From assembly GCF_009914755.1 (NCBI RefSeq), contig NC_060926.1: a stretch of 64,000 bases of DNA. One strand, 5' to 3'. Shown piece by piece: positions 57,701 to 64,000 of the stretch; within the stretch, counting starts at the first letter, position 1, and the number at the start of each line of letters is the position of its first letter. Origin of the DNA: the human T2T-CHM13v2.0 reference genome, Homo sapiens. The notes beneath the pieces were generated by a model. That model was not told the DNA's origin and did no database searches. It saw only the letters and a program-made list of their open reading frames with translations. The position numbers and the translations under genes were made by a program.

Positions 57701-60059
57701 TCCCCTCTCCCTCTCACCACGACTCTTTCTTGGTCCTGCCTTTCTCACTTTTCCCTCTCAGCCTTCTTCATAGCCTCTTCCTCTTCCATGGAGGACAGGG
57801 CAGAGGAAAGGTAGGGAGGAGCATTGATGCCTCCTGAGCAGGTCTGGCCTGGCACCTGCCTTTCCCACCCACCCCACGGTGTCCTGGCCCCAGGGCTCTG
57901 CAGCCCACAGCACCTCTTAACAGTGCTGTGGACAAATTCCGGCAAACCGTGGGTTAGTAACCGGACGACGTTAGCAAACACAGAGGCTGCAGTTGAGCCA
58001 AAGGAATGGAGATTCTGGAAGGAAGATGTGCGTGTTCCAACTCTGCAGAAAAGCAGCTGAAGCAGTGGGAGGTGGTCTGTTATATCTAAATGCAATGGAA
58101 ATCTCCATAGCCACAAGTGACTGGCCTCTACCTCTCTTCCAATCTTGCTCTACTAATGCGTGGCCTTTCTGTAGTTCTGAAAGGAGCCATCTCCCCTGGG
58201 GCAGTGCCTGATGTGGTCTCCTTGGTCCCCTTGGTCCTAGCACCTCTGCATTATGCACCCTGGCAGGACATCAGCCGGCTGGCTCTGCCACCCCGCATTA
58301 GTGTCCATGCACCTTGGTGGAGAAGTCGCTCTGAGCAGCTCTGATTTCAGAGGCCTCACTTGGGAAATGAGGGTGCGGTGTTGCTTCTTGGTTTCCTAAG
58401 GCTGCTGGCAGGTAGGGCTTTACAAAGAAGTACTTTAGGACATTTTGGAATGAGCTGTTGTGTATTCTCACAAAAATAGCTGCTTTTGCAAAAAGTTTTC
58501 CTGTTTCTAGTCACCCTTCGTCTTTATGCCATCCCATCATTGGGGGTGGTGACTTCACACACATTTGAGATTTGAAAGCATGATGACTGTACTTCAAAGT
58601 TGGGGAATTCCATGGCCCACCCCACAACCCACTCATGTCAAGTGCATTCCAGGGAGCAATGGGTTTCCAGGTCCAAGTCCATCTGGGGGATTGTGGTCTG
58701 TGGTGGGCAGGGGCTGACTAACCTGCCCAAGGGGTTTAGCAAGGGAATGGCTGTTCCGGGACCTGGCCCAGCATCCTCCCACTGTACACAGCCTCCCTGC
58801 ACAACCTACAGAGGGGGCTCCCAGGCAGGCTGTTCATGGGGTTGGTGTTCACAGGACTCTCCCACAGGAAGGGCGCTGAGCTGCAAAGGATCCAGGAGAC
58901 CTGGTTTCTAGGCACAGCCCAGTGTTAGCCTTGGACACAGCAGCCAGTGTTACCAGGACCTCTGAGCTCACAGCCTGGCCTAGAGTGCAAGGAGCCAGTG
59001 GACCTGAGAGGGCCCTGTCCAGGCTGTCAGTGCTGAATATAGACCATCGGTGCCCACCTGGCGCTCCTGCTGCTCGGTCGGAGCTGGGAGGGAAACGTGG
59101 CTCCACTACAGACATGGGGTTTGGGCTGGGAGGCCATGGAATGGTGAAGATGCTAAGCAAGGCCATCTCCTGGGAAGGGCAGAAGCAGCTTGGCCCCAGG
59201 TGTCCGCATGTCACCCCCTTTCCCTAAACTTCACCCGTCCACCAACGCACCATGTGCCGCAGGCGAGTGATGGGAAAATGGCCCTCGTTTCAGAGAATTT
59301 TTTTTTTAAAGCAAAGTGTATTGTGTGTTCTTGCAGTTACTTGCTACCAATGTCCCTTGGGTATCTCCCCCCTTGGAGTGTTTGCAGCCGGCGAGCGCCA
59401 GGATGCCCGCGGCAGCATACTCTAGGCTTATCTCCGTGTGTGTGGCCCTGAACCCAGAACACCCGGAAATACAAGTGCAAGTGCAAGGAGCCCATGAACA
59501 GAAAGAAGAAGAAGGGGACGGGGAAGCGCCTCTTGACTGCTCGCCATAAAAATAATTGAGCTGAAATTAAATCTGGGGGCTTTGGTAGCCTCCTGTTAGG
59601 AAAAGAAATAAAACCCAGTGTTTTGATGCACACCTCGCACGTCTCATCTGCAGTACGCCAGAGGTAATTTTGGCGACAAGCAGTAAGGAAACCTGAAGTA
59701 TTTCTCTCCCAGACCCTCCCAGCTTATTAAAAGAACTTATAGACATGAAAATACATTAAAGTGGGCAAAGCGGAGAGAGGGTGAAAGAGATTAACAACCT
59801 CCGCTGAATAGAGCCCATTGATGAAACAGGCCTGTGAGCTGCTGCCGACTCTGAAACAAGGTGCCAGGAACTGAAAAGAAGGTCAGGCCTGTCCAGAATT
59901 TAGGGGGGAAATGGAAATGTATATTTAAAACTAATATATGCCTGAGTGCTCATTTTTCCCCCGTTTCTGATTGGGAAGATTTACTCGGGAAGAGGAAAAA
60001 CGGTTCTGTAGCCGATTACCCAATTTGAGCACCCAAATTAAAAGATTCACTTAAAATGC

Positions 60060-60340
60060 AGCAGAGACAAGCGAGGCAGCGGAGAAGGGCCCGGGCGTGC
60101 ATAATGCCTATTGTCTGCGTCTGCGTTTGCTTTTTAATGCCAGCGCCCAGCGAGGGAGCAGGGCCCTCCTAGCGTGCGCGGAGGGGGCTTGGGGTGGAAA
60201 GGGGGGGGAACCCCGAAACAGGCCGCCTTTTGACAGGCGCCTGACAGGTATGGGTGCCTTTGGAGATCTTTTTAGGAAATTGGGTGTTTGCGAGTACAAA
60301 TTGAAGCAAGCATGCTGTGTGTGTATGTGTGCGAGAGAAA
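60060..60340. promoter_or_regulatory. Small CpG-rich, G-run-containing candidate regulatory element
   Basis: Locally high CpG in non-repeat sequence, G-runs at 60183-60208, and tandem TGACAG motifs at 60231 and 60242. Confidence 0.4.
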
Positions 60341-60485
60341 GTTAGCCGTCAGTCAAGTTTTATCTCTTAATGAATAGAGACTGCTGAAGTAAGGGTTAGG
60401 TAATTGAGTTTATAATTAATTAGCCATAACCCTCATCAGATAAAGCAGTTGTGAAGAATTTTTTTTATCTCCTTTCTCTCCCCAG

Positions 60486-60614
60486 GGCCTGCCCTTCTTT
60501 GTCCTTGCACTGACAGCCAGCACTTATCTCAGGCCTGCTGGAGCCCGTGCCCGTCAGTCCTCCCCCTGGCCAGGCAGGGCCGAGGGGTGGTCAGACCAGC
60601 CCGCATTGTGCTGA
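60486..60614 (+). CDS. AGAP1: Coding part of the alternative terminal exon of the short AGAP1 isoform (lacks PH/ArfGAP/ankyrin)
   Basis: Strong acceptor ttttttttatctcctttctctccccag|. Phase 0 reads GLPFFVLALTASTYLRPAGARARQSSPWPGRAEGWSDQPALC*. The first 30 aa match my recollection of the annotated short-isoform C-terminus. Confidence 0.75.
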   Translation, partial: GLPFFVLALTASTYLRPAGARARQSSPWPGRAEGWSDQPALC

Positions 60615-60988
60615 AGGCCCACAATCAGCCCAGCTGTCCGGGGCCATGATGAATTAGCGGTGGGAGTTAACATAGAGGTGAACTCCAGATCGGCCGATAG
60701 CTTGCAGGCCGCTGCTGTTTGTCCTGACTTCAGCGCATCTCTGATAGACCTTTGACACCTTCCAACAAAGAGGTTACAGGAGGGAGAGCTGGAGAAATGG
60801 AGCGCTCCTCCAGAAAGTTCGGCAACTCACAAAAGACCCCTTAATTTCTATAGCGGGCAATTCAGTCCACAAAGGAAGGAAATCAATGAGCGTTTACGCT
60901 CTTTCTTTGAGGAACCTTTTTTTAAAGAAAAAAACATTTACTGGCGCTTTGCATGTTTTGGGTACAAGCAGTGGTAGAAACATAAAAC

Positions 60989-60994
60989 ATTAAA
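60989..60994 (+). terminator. Candidate polyadenylation signal (ATTAAA) for the alternative terminal exon
   Basis: ATTAAA ~0.5 kb after the acceptor, with GT/T-rich sequence downstream. An AATAAA also occurs at 61461-61466. Confidence 0.45.
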
Positions 60995-63697
60995 ATCCAA
61001 GATTGAGCGGATCTGTCTTGACTGCGTTTTATAGACTGGATGAGAGAAAAACGGGGTAAAATGGCTCCCCCTACTCTGCTTCAAGATTTGAAATATCTGA
61101 CTCAGGCAGGTTGAGTGAGGAATTGTTTTAGGAACAGGGAATGTTGTGACTTTCTTAGTACTGAGTTGGAAATAATGTCAACTTCCTTGTGATTTTAGTT
61201 GTTCCTTTCTAATTAACCCCCAGGCAGGTACAGATAAATCTCTCAATACCCTAGGGATGCGGCAGATAGGAAGATGTGAGCCTTTCTTTTCCTCTTCTAC
61301 AGTCAGTGTTTTATAATAGATAGATTAAATGGAAGTTTTGTTTCTTCTTTGTTAGCAAGACTAGATACCACTTTTCCAGACCACCCTATGGTAATTATTT
61401 GGGGACTTAAGGCCAGAATGTTTTATCAGACAATATGACTGAACAGTGATTTTGGATGTTAATAAAAATTTAATCAGATGAATATATTATTCAGCCTCAT
61501 TTAGGGAGTAAAGTATGATAAGTGCATCTACAAGTGCTGAAATTTGTAGAACAAATGAGGTCATTTTTGTGAAGTAGGCTGAGAACAGACTGGTGTGTGT
61601 GGATGGGGGAAAGGATGGTCGCTAGCTTGTTTTGGTTTTAAGTGTAGGCTATACCTTGAATTAACTTGGGAAGTACTGTTACTAGCGACAGTCCCTAGTC
61701 ATTCATTGCAGACTTGTTGTCAGCCTCCCATGTGGAGATACTAGATGCCATAATTGAGCCATACCTAACAATTCCAAGTTTTTAATGAAGCAAATATGGT
61801 AAATATGTCCGTTCCAGGCTTTCTTTGAGTGTAGAAAAAGGAAGTTGATGCGTAGGCTCATGGGATGACCCCGCCTTATATGACTGGATAAAATCCAAAT
61901 ACTCAGCTAGAGAGAGTGGAGCCGCTGTGTTGAGACAGGCACTCCCCCTCAGCCTCCCCTTGTCTTCCCGGGCTTGTGGGGTCACCTCCAGCAAACCCAA
62001 TTTGAAAACCAGTGATCAAGTGTTGACAACTCCTGTCACAGCTGAGAAACTTAGGCCTTGTTCAAGGTCACATGGAGAAAGAATATTGCATGGAGTAGAC
62101 CCCGCTCCTCCCCCGCATCCAACTGAACGTGGGCTGTGGTCCTGTTGGCTCCCTATGGGCCTGCTCTCCTTCCCTCTTTTTCTCCCCGATAGATGGGACC
62201 TGTGAGGCCTGTCTCTAGCTCAGCTTGGCATGAGATGGGCCACTCCTGCCAGCTCACCTCCCTGCTGGCTATTTGCCCTTCATCACAGAGGTGGGGGAGG
62301 ATGGCTGCCTCATTCCAGCCTCAGCTGCTATTGTGGCTACAAAGGCAAAGCCAGCTCTACAGCAGGCCCATTTCAGCGCATTATAGGAAACCAGAGGCTT
62401 TAAACCCAGACCAGCTTGGAGCCTGGGGCTGCCGCGTCCGCTTACCAGTGGTGGACTTGGGGATGTTTCTTACTCTCCGAGCTTGACTTGCTTTATCTGT
62501 TAAGTGGCAGTTGCTGATGGCAGTGAATTGTGGAGTGATAGGTACTGTCATGGCACGAGCTCAAAAGTGGCTGTTTCCCCTGGTTTCGCTTGTTTATTAT
62601 TAGTATTATTTTCATAGAGGAGTTAATGGAGCAAATGAGAAACAATTCTTTATTCATTCTTAGTTTTGGAGTCTGCATCCTGTACAGTGTCCTCAGAAGT
62701 GTAGATCGTTTCTGCTGCAGGAGCCCAGGACGTTTGGTCAGCTCTGACTTCGTCACGTAGACTTTGTGAGAGGGAGGGTGCTTCAGAGGAGGGCCCGCCA
62801 TGAGGTCTGCCTCCTTGTATTTGTTACTTCTGAAATCTTAATGCCAGTTATTTTAAACTAGGGTGACTAATGGACCCTTATTTCGTGAAGGAACAGAAAA
62901 GTAGAAAAGGTTTAAAGGCAAAAAAAGCTGAAGGTATTTGTCTGTGATGTTCAACAAACCAGCCTCATCAGGCCCCAGGTGGAAAATCGGCGTGGTGACG
63001 CATGTGCTGCCATCCCTTGGGGTGGCGCACGGAAATGGAAGCGTGAGGTCATCCCTGTGATCAGTAACAAAAGTCTACCTGGAAAATGGTTACTTTGATT
63101 TTCCAGGGAGTGAGTAGTGTGACAGGCATGTCAAAATTAATCATCAGTAGATTTATTCAAAGCTAAAAGTCAACTGAAATTCTAAGCTCTCTTTGCTATA
63201 CTACATTTAAAGATAATTGCTAAAGTTTCTTTAGATGTCCTTATTCATTCAGTTACAGATTTATCATTTTTCAAACCAAATTCTAAACTGTGTTACGTTC
63301 AGTATGTTTTTGAAGTCATAAAAGTTGAGTTATAGTAAATTTAAAATCGAGCAATTTCTGCTTTAAATATAGGGTATCATTCTTTCCTTTAGATTCGTTG
63401 CCCTGAACTTTTGATTTTGATATTATAAATACACAGCTACTCATCTCATTCTCTTATCTCCACTGTGCTGGGAAGACCGAGAGGCTGAGCAGCAGCTCCA
63501 CTGAATTCAAGTCAGAGGATATTTGTTTGAATTGGAGACTGGGTGTTGGTAAATGGGTGACAGTGACAAGTGGGTGATTGGGGACACGTCCTTGAGGCTC
63601 ATGCCTTAGAGGAAATGCCTTGTTTACCCTATGAGGTCTCTAGATGCACGGAGGCTACTGCATTCCCAGGGGGTCAGCCTTGTCTCAGAAGTACTGA

Positions 63698-64000
<303 letters not shown>

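Overview
This is primate, almost certainly human, genomic DNA: it is Alu/L1/L2/MIR/LTR-rich and has spliceosomal GT-AG introns. It is an internal part of AGAP1 (centaurin-gamma-2, 2q37) on the + strand. Three constitutive coding exons are present (5004-5131, 6612-6767, 15038-15130; canonical exons ~7-9), covering the end of the GTPase-like domain up to the start of the PH domain. They are followed by about 49 kb of a long intron. That intron holds the alternative terminal exon of the short AGAP1 isoform at 60486, which here carries a CAGG duplication that shortens its C-terminus. The rest is interspersed repeats, a ~1.15 kb GAT/GGT/TGT compound repeat, a 27-bp minisatellite and homeobox-motif-rich unique blocks that may be enhancers. 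There is no prokaryotic-type system (no CRISPR, operon, rRNA or tRNA), and nearly all ORFs in the track are spurious. The best leads for something undescribed are a pair of in-frame microexon-like cassettes (9 nt and 3 nt), extra candidate terminal or poison exons, an antisense poly-His ORF in the repeat, and an inverted Alu pair with complementary G/C-converted tails. All of these are hypotheses from sequence inspection. Repeat subfamily names and statements about the reference genome come from recall and were not computed.
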